64,000 nt of DNA from Octopus sinensis (lineage: Eukaryota). Below the pieces are notes generated by a model. The model saw only the letters and a program-made list of their open reading frames with translations, made no database searches and was not told the DNA's origin. The stretch lies in the NCBI RefSeq assembly GCF_006345805.1, contig NC_043015.1:2170001-2234000 (forward strand). The letters are read 5' to 3'. Below are positions 27,126-41,895 of the stretch, piece by piece. Position 1 is the stretch's first letter; each line of letters opens with the position of its first letter. The position numbers and the translations under genes are program-made.

Positions 27126-27993
27126 TAACACGAAAAATAAAAGGCAATATCCTTGTGGAATATAGAAATGCATACTCTGTTGACAATATATCCATCCATA
27201 CATACAAACACATACATACACACATACAGACATACATACAGACATACACACACACATACATACATACATACATACATACATGTACATACACACACGCACT
27301 CACACATATATTTGCACGGTTTATATATATACATGTATATGTATGTGCATATATCTCTGCACGCACACACACACACAAACACATATATATATATATATAA
27401 ATATATAAGTATATATATGTGTGTATGTGTGTATGTGTATACATACATGAGCGTGTGTGTGTGAGAGAGAGAGTATGTGTGTTTATGACTGTGTGTATGT
27501 GCGAATGTGTGAATGTGAGTGTGTGTTTTAATGTTTTTTCTGGAAACATAATTTTATGCTTTCATGCATTTACTTTTTTTTGGGTTTTTTGTTATCAATG
27601 AAATCTATAACTCCTTAAAGCCTTTCTGAATAACTATAATCAAGTGAAGGAGATTTATCTGGAATACTGATACGATGACGAATCCGCATCAAATAGAAAG
27701 GACAAACATATTTTAATGAGGTGGCATCGTCCAATAAAGTGTTCCTCGGTAGACATGTCTGTTGCTCGTGTTATATTGTTGGGTGGCGTGATTAATGTAT
27801 CCTGCCAACGATTGTGCGGCCATTGCTTTCAATTTTTCAATTTATAGATTAACAACGAGCAACTGAGCAATCTATGGTTTAATATTATCGACAGAGTGGA
27901 AAAGATTAAGCGATTTACATTATGTATACATGCATAAAAATACGTCCATACACATATGCCTATATACATATACATATATATATATATATATAT

Positions 27994-28024
<31 letters not shown>

Positions 28025-28054
28025 AATATATGTATATATATATATATAAATATG

Positions 28055-28086
<32 letters not shown>

Positions 28087-28965
28087 ATATATATAATATA
28101 TATATATATATGTGTGTGTGTGTGTAGATATATGTATATATGTACGTGTGTGTGTACGTATGTATATGTATATATATATACATATTCATATATATGTAGA
28201 TATAGGTATATATATATCTGTGTGTGTATGTATATGTATATATATGTATATATAGATATGTATATTTATATATATATACATATATACATACACATAAGTA
28301 TGTATATATGCACACATGCACTCACATGCGTTGAGAAAGTATAAGAGAAAGAGGGGGAGTGGTGTGGGAGAGAATTTTTGGAAATAGTAATTTGAAAATA
28401 TATCGAAATAAAAAGCAACAAAAAGTATATTAAGAACGCTATTGCTTTCCGCCTCCATATAAAACGAGAAAATGATAAATTGTTTCATTTTATTTTAATA
28501 GCACCTGAAACAATATCATAAAATTTACAAAAAGAAATACCTTAAGAATCACTTTGTTATAACTATTTTAAAATTCAAAATCGTAATATGTCGCTGTTGT
28601 TTGAAAATGTAAGATCGAAGGAAAAACCATATAACATAAACGCAGAAAATATCGAGTGATTTCTATAAAAATACTAGAATAACTTTATTAAATGGTTGTT
28701 TATTCTTGTCATAACGTAAAGGAGGTTGTGTTGCGCTTTCTATGTGACTACATGTCAATAGGTGATCAAGGAATTGTGTTTTATACGTTGCACTGCTGTA
28801 TGATAGTTGAGCATATGTTGATTACCGGCGTTTAAGTCATTTCCATGTTTGAACTAGAGGTTATGTCATCACACAGCCACAATTAGCGAAAGAAATTTTA
28901 ACTTATAAATAGTTTTTCTACATGATCGGATGTCTTTCATGCAATCAATGATAACGTGTATGCTA

Positions 28966-30180
28966 TACATTAGTGTGCGCTGAAATGTTCATAGACTGAC
29001 TATGAAGGAGAGATGTTAGGGCTGTGAAATCTTGCGTGTATAAATGACAACCATACTTATTAATAACTGCATTATTGGTCTTCAGGTAAACTGTCATGTA
29101 ATTGTTCAAATACTTCAAAAGTAAATAGTAGCCATCTTCTCTTGAATTTGGATAAAATGTGTCATGCAGTTGTTATCAAATACCTGCAAATGAAGAGTTT
29201 AGACCGTACGGGTATTCGCGCTGATTTGGTTGCTACGTTAGAGGATAACGCTCCAGATTTATCAACAGTGCAAAAGTGAATAACGGAATTTAGGAGGGTG
29301 AGGGAGAGTCCTGAAGATGACTCAAGATCTGGATGTCCAGTAACTGCCAGCAGCTAATAAAACATTGATTGTATTCACCACAATATGATGGATGTCAGGT
29401 CATAAATCAAATAGGGTATGTCATTAGCATATCACGCGAAAGATTTGAGAATATTCTGTACAATGATCTTGGTACGAGGGACGCCTCTGCCCAGTGAGTG
29501 CTATAGTACTATATCTTCGGACACGTGATTAAAAGGGTATCAGGCTGATCACATCGTGACAAAACCTAACATTGGTTTCGTTGAAAGTTTCCTAAACCAT
29601 GATTAGTGTTTGCTTTATCTGTTTGGACAGGGGACAAAGATCCTCTCCTACTCCAAAGAAGGACCAAATATTTTCATTGCAAATGATGTGATAGCCTCAC
29701 GCTTTATAGGGTGCAAAAATCATTGTGTTTTTTGATTACTTTCAAAATGGCTACGAATTCATTGTAGAGTACTATGCAAAACCACTGAGGCAAGTACAAA
29801 TTGCTAACAAAATGTAAATACTCAGGAAAACTCACGAAGGGTTTTGTTTCATAAGGACAGTGCGCGAAAACACATCTTGGTTTCCTTGGCTGCTCTGACT
29901 GACTGTGGCTTTGAACTATTTGATCATCTTCCTTATTCTACTGTTTTGGCCCTATCTGGATGTCAGCTTTCCCCAACATGACATAAAATTGATCGGCAGT
30001 CAATAACGTTTCTCACGAACAGGATAAAGACCTCTTTACCAATGGGATCCAAGAACTGCAGCATCAGTCAATGAAGTGCGTGAACCGTAAAGGTTGACTA
30101 TGTTGTAAACAAACTTCATTTGTTCACATTTCATGAGATTATCTTGGTCAACCTATGAACACTTCAGTTAACCCTCATGC
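28966..30180 (+). mobile_element. Near full-length decayed mariner transposon (irritans-like) with transposase pseudogene about 29148-30110
   Basis: Broken frames give LSTVQK*, EDDSRSGCP, AQ*V (WVP motif), HLPYSTVLALS (HPPYSPDLAPSD motif); degraded TIRs GCTGAAATGTTCATAGACTGAC / GGTCAACCTATGAACACTTCAG. Confidence 0.9.
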
Positions 30181-32269
30181 AAACTTAACTAAACATTACA
30201 AAATTTCTATGACTAGATACTGCAATATAGGATTTGTTCGCCGAGGTAATCCTCTACTTAGGCGCATTTAGAAACTAAACATAAAATATACATCTTCTGT
30301 ATCTTTTGTGCGCGCTCGACATTTTAAAGAAATATCTTATCGCAAATGGCTGAATCAAGAAAAGCCACGGCAAAATGACAGCGTTTATCAGAATAACGAT
30401 CAAACCGCAGTGTAGATTTTATTGGCCATTGAAATGTTTGTAACTTACTCTTAATATTGTTTTTATCCATGCTAGTTATTGAGCAAACATTTCCTGGAAT
30501 AGGTTTCTCGTGTGTCGAATTCGTTATCTGATTCCTATATCGTAGCAAGGACAATATAATTTGATATATCTAAGATGGTAGATTGCACGATGAGGGAAGT
30601 TTGGTAGCAAATATGATCAGCTAAAATCATTACGAAAAGGTTACTTCGTTGGCGCAAGATATGAAGATAAAACTGTAGCGATAAGTTTCGCGAATGAAAA
30701 TTTAAAAATAAAATTCCAATCATAATACCAACTCTACATATATTTCCATTAAGCAAACACCAAAAATGCAAAGCAAAGGATAAATATTTGCATAGTAATA
30801 TGACGATAAAGGTGTGTTGATAAAGAAAATTTGATGTCGAGGGCAAGTGAGATGAGTAATTGATAGAGCTATGGAGATTGTAGATGCCCTCTGGTTTCGA
30901 TTGAAAAGTTCAGAGAGATTGCTTTTTCTTATCACCTATTTTCAGTGTATTTGTATATAGGTGATGAAAGAGAGCATCATTATGAAATTGCCATTGCATA
31001 AATCTCACCATTGTAGGAAATATAATATAATTACCACACTTTGTTGATCGACGTCCTCTATTTATATGTCGCATTTGAAATGCCCCTTACTTTTCGATTA
31101 TTGTTGGTTAATAGTGAATCATCCTTATTATTTTTGTCAAGCTTTCAATTACACGTACCGTAAGCTGGTACTTGAATTATACTCATCATACTGATTTTAG
31201 CCCTGTATCTTTACTACGAAGTAACATTCTTAGTGGTACAAATCTTACCGCGTCGAACCATACGCTCAGAGATATTTAATTCGGCTTTTTATGTGTTTAT
31301 CTCATACCTAACCTTCATTAACTCTACTTGTTATCAAGTAGAGTGTTCGAAGGTGTCAAGTAATTACTTGTTCTTTGTGTCAAAATCAGAAGGAAATATC
31401 ATTACTATAAGCGAGTTGAGCTGGAAAAATCTTCACATAAAGCTGCACAAAATACTTCCAGGAATACTCTCTGAGGTAATATTCGCGAGGTCGAAATTGC
31501 TTTTCATAGATACTTAATCTATAAAATAAATACCAGGTGAGAACTGTTGTAGATGTAATTAATTAATCTCTTCTCTTAGATTTTAATCCTTGTTCTCATA
31601 ATAGAAAAATAAGAGATTTTCACGCTGTAGTTTTGTTTTATAGGAGTTGTCCAAACTATCGTGCAGAAAACACCAGTTTCAGCAAGTTGAACGTTTTACT
31701 ATGGTTGTTATATATAATTAAACCTGATATATTCTATTCTTCTGGCAAGCTATGGTAATTAAATTATTTACTGAATCTGATGGGAATCCTTGTCTTGATA
31801 TATTCGTTCTAGCACTCTACCTCATATTTACCTTGTATTTAATCGACTTCTAAGTCAGAGCATTATTTCCAATTCGCGATAAATAATTTTTAGTCCCCAG
31901 GTTCTGTTCTGTGTTCAAATACGCACACAGTATTCCAAATGTCCAGAATTTTGTTTTGGCTTACTTGGATATGATTTCGTTATCGACTTATGGTTTTCTT
32001 TTGCCCACATGAATTTTTGCTCTTCACTAAGAGGAAGACAATTGCGTTTGAGTAACTGCGCCCGAAAGTACCTTCTAGGAAGAATGTGATATTGAACTGA
32101 TATCTAGATTAGCCTGCGTAAAACGATGTCGATTCAATTTGGATTCCTGTTGATATTGTGACATCCCTATCATATGAAGACTTTTGTAATTCCACACTTC
32201 AGGTATTAAAAGAAGGCATATATGTGTGTGTGTGTGTGTGTGTGTGTATTTTCGTGCGCGTTTGTATAA

Positions 32270-32893
32270 AGGTCCCGGAAGCAGTGGAAATAGAGAGAGA
32301 CCAAATGAGTGCAATTTGTCGAGAACTCTTCTAGGTTCACCCGGGCGCTTTTCAGGGAAACCAAATCAGGGAAAGTGATCAGTTCCAAAGAAGATGTAGA
32401 AGTATTTCTGACGAAGACTCACAATGATGAACTTAGAAACGAAGACCTTGATATTAACCCATATGTCGGTAGAGCTGAAATGCCAGTAAATTTATTCAAC
32501 CTCAGCAGTCCATCCTGGAAAGAATTGGAACAAGTGGTGAAAAAGCCCAGGTCAGGATCAGCTCCTGTCCCAAGTGGTATACCTTATAAATTATACAATA
32601 AATACCTATGGCTCCTTCAGAAGCTGTAGATTCTGCTTCGAAAGATCTGGACAATGAGCATTATCTCATCATGCTGGAGAAGGCGGAAGGAAGCTTTTGT
32701 GCTAAAAGAAGAAAACTCCACAGATGTTAATCAGTTGAGGACGTTCTCCATCCTGAGTGTTGAGGGAAAGACCTTCATTTCCGTAGTGGCGAAAAGGATG
32801 ACACCATACATGATTGAGAATGGGTATATAAACACTTATATATATTTAGAAAGGTGGGATTCCGGGCTTCTGAGGATGTCTGGAACACATTAG
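32270..32893 (+). mobile_element. HERO-like (RLE-type) non-LTR retrotransposon fragment, RT N-terminal region
   Basis: KKPRSGSAPVPSGIPYKLY...LKEENSTDVNQLRTFSILSVEGKTFISVVAKRMTPYMIENGYINT resembles HERO/NeSL-group RT; contains stop and frameshift. Confidence 0.8.
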
Positions 32894-32914
32894 AATTCCG
32901 AGTCAAACCAAATT

Positions 32915-33030
32915 TCAGTCTTCCCTCTCTACCAGTGCAAAGACCCAATCTCTCAACTAGAACGTTTAAATAAAGAAACTTGTTTCATTGAAACATACAA
33001 AACACGTCTTAAAAAGCACCCATAACCAAC
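32915..33030 (+). mobile_element. Penelope-like 3' endonuclease fragment
   Basis: Reads QISVFPLYQCKDPISQLERLNKETCFIETYKTRL, like the PLE C-terminal F.IFPFY...R...E..FI..YKP.LN. Confidence 0.55.
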
Positions 33031-33410
33031 TTTTATCGTTTTACATAATTCAATTCACGATTACATAATTGTACATAAATCCACTAGGAAGCAATGTTTT
33101 TGAAACTTGTTACTGTCTGTACACATATATAATCCCCACCCATTGCCGAAACCTGAGCAGTTATCTCCCTTACCCACAGCAATAACAATAGTAACCACAA
33201 CCAATTAACTCCCTTTATTTATCTTCTTGTGAAGTCATTCACTCGTTAATTTCATCACACACAACATGTACCAAATTTCTTCTTAAGAAAAAATATATAT
33301 TCAAATAACTAAAACATATCATGAATAGCGATAGCGAAACCGGTCGATATATTTAAAATTATATTAAAACTACGTAAGTGTGCGTATTTTCCTTTTTTAA
33401 TTTCTATATG

Positions 33411-33495
<85 letters not shown>

Positions 33496-34738
33496 ATATA
33501 TGCTGTTTATTATTATTATTATTAGCAGCAGTACCAGCAGTAGTAATAGTAGCAGCAGTAGTAATAGTAGCAGCAGCAGCGGCATTTATGATGTACATGA
33601 ATGTTTCACATTCAGAAACAATGTCCTGGATACCGGTTCAGAACCAGCTCCTTTGGTATCAAAGACCTATCTTAAAATCGATAATTGATTAATTCATTCA
33701 CTCATTAATTCATTATGTACAGCATATTGCACATAGCATGAGCTTACATTTGAAGCAATCGTCTACTGATGAACTGATTTAAGAAGTCTAAAACTCGTGG
33801 CAAAACTTAGACAAATATAAACACATCATGTACCTATCTCTAGGCAGAAAATTATTGACTTGTTTAATCTCTATTTGGAAATTCATTCATTGAAGTAACG
33901 AAGCTACTATTCGAAAGTTTGGTAGTTTAAATCTATTTCTATTGTAAATCAGAAATCACTGGAAGTGACCAGACTGTTTTGATAAATATATATATAACAT
34001 CCGGACATGACATTGAGAAAAAAATTCCCGATGGGTCTTGAAATAAAAATGGAATTACTCTACAGATTACCAATAATTTGTTCTCCACGGGAAAATATAA
34101 ACAAAGATTACAATATTTTCATTTGCTTACATTTCCTATCAAAGATCATATCTAGAATACTGTTGATGTTTATAAAATAACAATTGCAGATAAAAACTGT
34201 ACGCTCTTTTGATATTTATGTGAAGTTAGACATTTTTAGCAGGGCCTTATGTAAAGTTAGACATTTTATCAGGATCTTGTTTGTGCTTTATATGCATATA
34301 AAGGTATTCAACATTCTGCAGAGAGAAAATTAAGTTATTTATTCTTCGAAAGGAAAATATAGATTATTATTTTTACCCAAGGTACAATAAAATAATTTGA
34401 TTACATTCTACATGGATGCTTATAACGTTACAATTGCAGATACATATACATTAAAATAGTATGCATATAGCTGTGCCTGTGGGTATACATATGTGTGTGT
34501 ATATACGTGCATTGACATTTCGCAAAGTTAATGATGACAGTGAAAATTCTGTAGACTTTGGTAAATAATTACTCTACGCCACTTTTCATTCCCATGATTC
34601 TGAAAGCAGTCGTATATAGATATATCATATGCTTATAATTCCACGCATTTGTTCACATATAAACATGTGTATGGATTACATACTACTCATCGTCGCAAAT
34701 GGTGAACTCGTATTTTATATATACACGTATAGGTACAG

Positions 34739-35110
34739 TGGTGGCTGTGTGGTTCAGGTTTCAGTCACACTGCGTGGCACTTTGGGTGAATGTCTTCTAC
34801 TAAAGCCTAGGGTTGACCAAAGCCTTGTTAGTGGATTTAGTAGACGGAAACTATAAGAAGCTCATCGTATTTGTGTGTGCGTGTGAGTGTATACATGCAT
34901 TTGTGTGTGTATGTATATGTGTGCTTGTCACTCCACCATCGCTTGACAACCGATGTCAGTGTGTTAACGGTTCCGCAAAAGATACCGATAGAATAAGTAC
35001 TAGGCTTACAAAGAATAAGCCTGGTGTCTATTTGTTGTACTGAAAGGCGGTGCTCCAGCATGGCCGCAGCCAAATGATTGAAACACGTAAAAAAGTAAAC
35101 GAATAAAGGA
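34739..35110 (+). mobile_element. SINE family A with a deletion in the head
   Basis: GTGGCTGTGTGG joined directly to TTCAGGTTTCAGTCACACTGCGTGGCAC; rest colinear with the family. Confidence 0.9.
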
Positions 35111-35251
35111 ATATATACATTCATAGATTGTTGTACACTTACACACATGTGTGTCTGTGTGTGTGTATGTGCATGCTTATGTGTGTAATTGCACAGATGC
35201 GAAGGTACATGCATCCACACACACACTCAAGCACACATACACACACAGACA

Positions 35252-35354
<103 letters not shown>

Positions 35355-35527
35355 GTGTGTGTATGCAGAGAAATATATATTTACATATATTCCTTTTTTA
35401 CACTTAAGAGCAATTTTTCTTTCTCATATCTCCCTCGTAGTTATTTACATTGGCACGAAAATTGTCCTTTTTTTACGGGCACAATGTCATATTTATATGA
35501 CAGCAGAAAAAACACAAAAATAAATAA

Positions 35528-35580
<53 letters not shown>

Positions 35581-38203
35581 TTAGAGTATGTGCTTATGAT
35601 AGAAAAGGAATAATTGAAATGCAGTGGAAGAGAAAAAGCGAAAAAGCAAAGAATAATATGCAGCAAGACAGCACTTCAAAAAATAAATAATAAATAAATA
35701 TATTGAGTTAAACAAAGACAGAATGAACAGAAGAGCAGAGCATAAAGATTATGTCGCATCATTTGCTGCCATTACGTTGCCGAAATCCCTTTTGGACATT
35801 TAATGGTTCTTGCGTTCGTACTTGCTTGATGTCAACGTTCATCCTCTCCATTTTTTTGATTGTACATGTTCATGCTTCATTCCCGTTCTTCGAAACTTAA
35901 GGAAGCGAATAACACGCCAGACTCTCTTTATATCTCTCACCGAATCTTTCTTTTGTCCTTTTGAACTATCGTTATATCTCTCTCGCATCAATTCTCTCAC
36001 CGTCTCTCGTTCATCCCTTCTCTCTCTCTCCGTCCGCCTTTCTCTTTTACTAAAACGTTGTCTCTTCCTATTCCTCTCTCTAATTTCTCTCAACCTTTGT
36101 AGTATTCTCTCTCTCTCTCTCTCCCAGTCGCTACCTCTTACAATTTTCCCCACCAATTTTCTCTCTAAATTGTTTCTTCAGAACTGGTTTAATGTCTGCT
36201 AAGATTTTAATTATTTTTTTACGATGATCGATCTAATAAATTTTAGCCTTGATTTCCTTCTTATTTCCTCGTAATTCACGTCATGTATGACTTTATCCTG
36301 TACCTTTTTCACCGGTCTTAATAGTGGGTTCCAGGATGGGAAAAAGTAACTACTTCTAAAGTATACTGTTCTACAGAGCTAGCAATGAGATTTGAGATTG
36401 CTACTTTTCTTGCTTGAAATAGCAGCTAATTTTCCGTCAAGTGCCAAGCTATTTGCCTATGAAACAATAACATTTTTGATTATGACTAATAGGAGAAAAT
36501 ATGGTAATGTCACATAAATATAATTAAACACTTTGCTCGTTTGTCATTTTCAGAGCTGAAGTGAGTTTAAATGTTAAAGAAAACAACAAAAACATGTCTG
36601 CAATGCTTTTTCCGATAGATTTCTATTTGATATTGTTTTTATCATAGCTTCACCTGCATCACACTTAGAATTAGAAAGGCCATAAGCTGAGACTATCTTA
36701 TGTTAAAATTCCCTAAATCTACTATTAACCTTTCCGTTTCTTACAAGTTTTAATTACACAGTGTCACGACAAGCTGAAAGTAATGGCCAAATATCTTTGG
36801 AACGACACCGTACGATTATAAGAAGTCTAAATAATATTTTATAGTCTTCTCCAAGATGTAAATTTTTTAAAAATGAATAAAAATAAATCGCATGTTTATG
36901 TCTAGAACTTGGTTTATTATAGGTCTGCTTTATAAAAAGCTGAACTAAAACAGATCAGCAACAGCAACTATAGACGATAAATTAAACGATAGATTAAAGA
37001 AACGATATATTTTTTCGATTCACACAAGACAGTAACGACAAATTAAGATGAAAGTTGTGATATTTGAAGTCAATTTCTTCTGTTTTAAAAATAATTTATT
37101 TTACAAAATAAAGAAATTATCTCGCATTATATTTTAAATAACTTTTTATTCCACTAATTAACATAAATCGCCAAAGTTTTATTTTCTGATATATTTTGGA
37201 TAATTTGTTGTTTAACGATTACATGATCTGCATCAATGGAGAATAATTTCACATTAGATTTACTGATGTTGTTCTTGTTGTTGTTGCTGCTGCTACTGTT
37301 GCCGTTGTTATAGTGCAACATTCACTGTAAATATTTTTACCCAAAGCGACTTAGTCTGTTAAAATACCGTATTTTATCCTGCCATTGTATCCGTGACTAC
37401 ATAAACAATGTTTCTCCGCATTTAAAGATGACAAGATTCGAGTCAAAAAGGATTTATTTGTTATTACTAGCGATTGCTATCGTACGATTCCCTCATTGTG
37501 TGAAGAAAAGCTGAGCGCATAGCATTATTTAGTGTTTGTTAAATTGTCACTGAATCACAATTAACTCGCGGGTCGATTTTCTCTTGTAATATTCTTATAA
37601 AAAAGGAGTGAACTGTCTACGCCTCTGTAAACTGCCCTAAAACTACTGTGATGAAGAGAGATAGTTATCATCTGACAAGTAACATAGCTGGTGCCAATAC
37701 CATATATTGCAACCCGCAAATATATATCAGAGCCTAATTTGGTAGATTTAAATCTACTAGAAAACAACGAGAAATATTCGTCGTATAGACTTCTATGATA
37801 TTACCCTCAAAGACAAAAGTGTACATACTATTTGGTTTTGTTGACGCATAGATAGATTAAATAGAATGCATGGGAAATATAATGAAACATTTTTGCTATA
37901 CGACAATTTAAGTGACTTTGGAAAAATAAATTAAGATTACTGTAAATGTGAATAACAGACGTTAGGTTTTTATAAAGGAGTAAATGAATATATTTGCAAA
38001 TTGGAATTTGGGGAAATATTTAAAAGAACATCATATCTGTCCCTTTCAAAGGACATGTTCATCATATAAGTTACAATAAGACCTTTCATTTCAGGTGCAC
38101 ATTCACCTTAGCATTATCATATTTTGATTTTAAATAGATGAATTCGAGTATACGTTGTATGAAATATTAGCCAGAATATCAATAGAGTGGTATATATACG
38201 TCT

Positions 38204-38408
38204 TATTTCTTTATTGTTCACAAGGGGCTAAACATATAGGAGACAAACAAGGACATACAAACGGATTAAGTCGATAACATCGACCCCAGTTCGCCACTGG
38301 TACTTAATTTATCGACCTCGGAGTAATTTGAACTCAGAACGTAGCGGCAGACGAAATACCGCTAAGCATGTTGCCCGGCGTGCTAACGTTTCTGCCAGCT
38401 CGCCGCCT
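38204..38408 (-). mobile_element. SINE family B with an internal 27 bp deletion
   Basis: Head GGCGGCGAGCTGGCAGAAACGTTAGCACGCCGGGC on minus; core lacks the segment between two TCGACC motifs. Confidence 0.9.
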
Positions 38409-39882
38409 TAGAGTGGTATATATAACTGCATGAAGTAACCGAAACATCAGTACATATCTCCTTTGTAGCACCGAATACAGTGTATCAAAGACCGTTGTAT
38501 TCTGTTGTGGTGTTTCACTTGCCATAGACCTCAAGTAAATTTGAAGTATGTTGAATGTACACATTTCACTTTACTTCACCTAAAATACGGGGTTTTCCAA
38601 TTAGTATAAAACTAAATAATATTGTACTGAGTCATGATACTACATTGCACTAAGAATTCATATTTTGATTCTAATTTGACTTCCATTGTGCCGATTCCTA
38701 ACATCGAAGCACTGGTGTACCCCTGCTCATGAAGCGGGAAGTCACTAATGATTTCTACTTTAGGCTCAACACCATCGAATTATAGGGGGTTTAATAAATC
38801 TATTGACCCCAATACTAGATTATTACCTTTTATTGTATCCCTCGAAATAAAGGTAAATTTAAATTAGTGATATTCAAAATCAATCGTAAACAATTCGAGA
38901 AGAGATTTCGTGTCTTGTTTGTCTTCGTGTAGCGCGCATATATATACTTGGGAAGAAAGAATACTAGTACAAGATAAATTGAACGTTTGTCAAACTGAAG
39001 CAGGTTTCAATCCCTGCGTACATGAACCTTTTCTTGCATTTACTGAGGTCATTTTGTTAACTTCATTTACCAAAACCGCTTAAGCTCCGAATAATATTTT
39101 AGGTATAGCACAAAGGTCGAATTTCTTTTTTACCTGTTGGAAACCAATAGAATAATATACCAGTCCAGCAGTGGAGAGAGTGTTGCCTGCATTGTGCCTA
39201 AATTGGAATTCATTATTTATATCCTGTTCGGCTGATATTGAAACATCAATATTTATGTAGTAATTAAGGGCATAACTATGGTAATGAGATTGTAAGTAGT
39301 AGGTGGTGGTGATTTTCTGTTTTTATTTGCAAGTTTACAATCAGATCAATCTCCGATATTAATCTAATGTTCTATTCCTGAAAATAAATATTATATCAGA
39401 TTAAGAATGTACTGAGATTTTATATCTAGACATCAACAATTCATAAATAAATATCATTAAATAGCTCTTTATATAGAATCATCGAGCAAATGAGAATGAA
39501 ATTAGTCTGAGAAAGGTTAATTATCATGATAAATAATCACCGATGTTTAAACCTACGCTGGACATTTATATTTACCAAACACTTAAATACTTTTTAGCGA
39601 ATTGATGTAATACTGTGGTATGTTTGCAGATGGGATCGAGTACTGAAATAAACGGCTCCAAACTATTAAACATTTCGTCCAGTAAATTGCATTTATTTCA
39701 GATTATAATTAACACAGATTAGAAGTGAAAAATAAGTAAGAAGTTCTATTTGCGAAAACAAATCATAGAATTTTTAAACTTCTGAGCAACCGCTATGGGG
39801 GAAAGGCTAAGGCTCCAGAAGAACCGAAATGATATCGCCGTTTCAGTATAGGGTTAAAAGTAACTCACCTTCCTTATATCAG

Positions 39883-40107
39883 CTTAACAAAGTGCTAAAT
39901 AAAACCGATAATTTGATCAATGTATCTGCAATGAACGGTAAAAATTGTTCTGTAGATGACCTATTAAGTTACTCTAAGGAAATCAGTGAAGCAAGCGAAG
40001 GGAAAACTGATAATGTTCGATCTGTAATTTTTCCAACACGAAATGCAATATTTTATCCAATGGAAAATGTCTGTTCGACTTCGGTAACAGTCCATATTAT
40101 CAAAGCG
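39883..40107 (+). CDS. Candidate 225 bp phase 0-0 coding exon, product unknown
   Basis: ctcaccttccttatatcag acceptor, GCG|GTGAGT consensus donor, single open frame of 75 codons with three N-x-S/T sequons (NKT, NVS, NCS). Confidence 0.35.
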
Positions 40108-41331
40108 GTGAGTGTTATGTAATAATATGTTGATTTAAAGGAATTCAACGCCACCACACACCTTTTCTCCAGTTGAACGGGAATTTGAGAAACGATTTAC
40201 CAATTAATAGGGTTATCTTCTCCACCATGACATACAAAGATTTATGACTATTTCTCTAATTACTTGTACAGTGAACGGTATTAACGTTAGCTCAGTTCTG
40301 ATGTTTACTAAGAATTATTTTTTCCCAAAGTTCTTCTAAAATCAATACCATCAACTTGAGGATAGATTAACTCTTTGAATACAAAATGCAAAACACCAAA
40401 AATAAAGAGAAAACCCTAACACAGTTAAAATATCTGCAGTAAAAGTCATTTAACCTTCATCAATAAAAGCAACGAAGAGGTGTAATTTAATATCGGAAAT
40501 ATTTTACTACATTTCAAATGTTAAAATTAGTCAAACTTAAAAGAACAACCACTTCAACGAAAGTCAAAAAGAAATAACAACAGGAACAAAGTATCAACAT
40601 TTGAATGTTTGAACTATAATCGAGGCAAAATTTAAACCTTATGGGCAGATAATTCGCTATTCGTAGTTTTACATAATTTCGTAAAAGGACGAAATGCATA
40701 ACTTTTACAATATGATCATGAGGAAGGTTATATTTTCTAAACGGTGCAATTTTTAATCTCTGTACTAAGAAAACTTGATTAGTCTGTTAAATCACGAGGA
40801 TAATACATTTACATTCTGTTTAAAACGGAGCACCATCCTACTTTATATATCCATATTAGAAAAGCTGTTCGCCATATCTATTTCTTATTTTTGAAATTAA
40901 TGTTGGCAGAATTCACTAAATAGCTTTCACAAAGTACCAACTGTTTTCCCATCTGCTTCCTCAGAAATGTCATTTACGGTACAATTTACATGACGGGAAT
41001 AGTGGCGAAGTAAATCATTCGACGTTTCACATATCAGAGTAAACCAAGAGCATCCACTAAAATAGCGATTCGTTGGAGAATATTCAGAAAACGAAGCTTA
41101 ATGATTACATAACTGTCTTACTGTAAAGAAGAGATAAATCTCAATATATCAGTCAGATATAATTGGGAGGAAAGAATTCAAAGGTTTACAGTTAGTGCCA
41201 AATATGTGTTTCCTGTGTTTCTGCCCGTAACGTTAAGACATATCTTCGGTACAAAAAATATGATATTCTTCTTTACCTGCACTTTCTAATTGATCATTAG
41301 TTCCTAGCTGTTAAAATATCAAAATTATCTA

Positions 41332-41895
41332 TTGGGTTGTCCGGAAATTTCGTGCCTATTTACAGTAGCTTACTTTGCGACTTATTTTAGAACAGGGTTC
41401 AGTCCGTAAAACAGGTTTTTACTACACCTCTATTTAGAGCACAGTTTAAGCAATCTTTTCGTGAAAGAAGATTTATGTTCCTATAACCTGTGTCAATTCT
41501 GTAACCCTTTAAAATGGAAGCCAACAAAGTTCATTTTCGGCACTTGATGCTTTGGGAACCAGTAAATAATTGCTGCAGCTCGGCTGGGATGTGTTACACC
41601 ACCCTCCATATTCACCAGATAGTGCTCCTTCGGATCTCTACTTATTCAGGTCTCTGCAGAATTGTCTTTATGGTACAAATTTCAATTCCTTGGGTGACGT
41701 AAACAGATACATTGATGAATTATTTGCCATGAAACCACCTCAATTCTGGGAAGAAGGTATTTTCAAGTTAAAGGAAAGATGGAGACACATTGTGCAACAA
41801 AATGGTTCATATTTTGTTGATTAAATGTAATGGCAAGTATTTATTGAGCTTTTTCTTTCCTTTAAAAATTGGCACGAAATTTCCGGACAACCCAA
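41332..41895 (+). mobile_element. Internally deleted mariner (564 bp non-autonomous derivative)
   Basis: Perfect 25 bp TIRs TTGGGTTGTCCGGAAATTTCGTGCC, TA at both flanks; N-terminal MEANKVHFRHLMLWE fused to C-terminal HHPPYSPDSAPSDLYLFRSLQN...WRHIVQQNGSYFVD. Confidence 0.95.

Noticed and set aside
26803-27549. Poly-T/A/S/L ORFs resembling mucins
   Set aside because: Trinucleotide repeat open in many frames on both strands, no unique coding flank.
31321-31344. Perfect 10 bp stem ACTCTACTTG-TTAT-CAAGTAGAGT
   Set aside because: About one such hairpin is expected by chance in 64 kb.
35839-36156. 105 aa R/E/K-rich ORF
   Set aside because: Purine-rich decayed (GA)n strand is intrinsically stop-poor.
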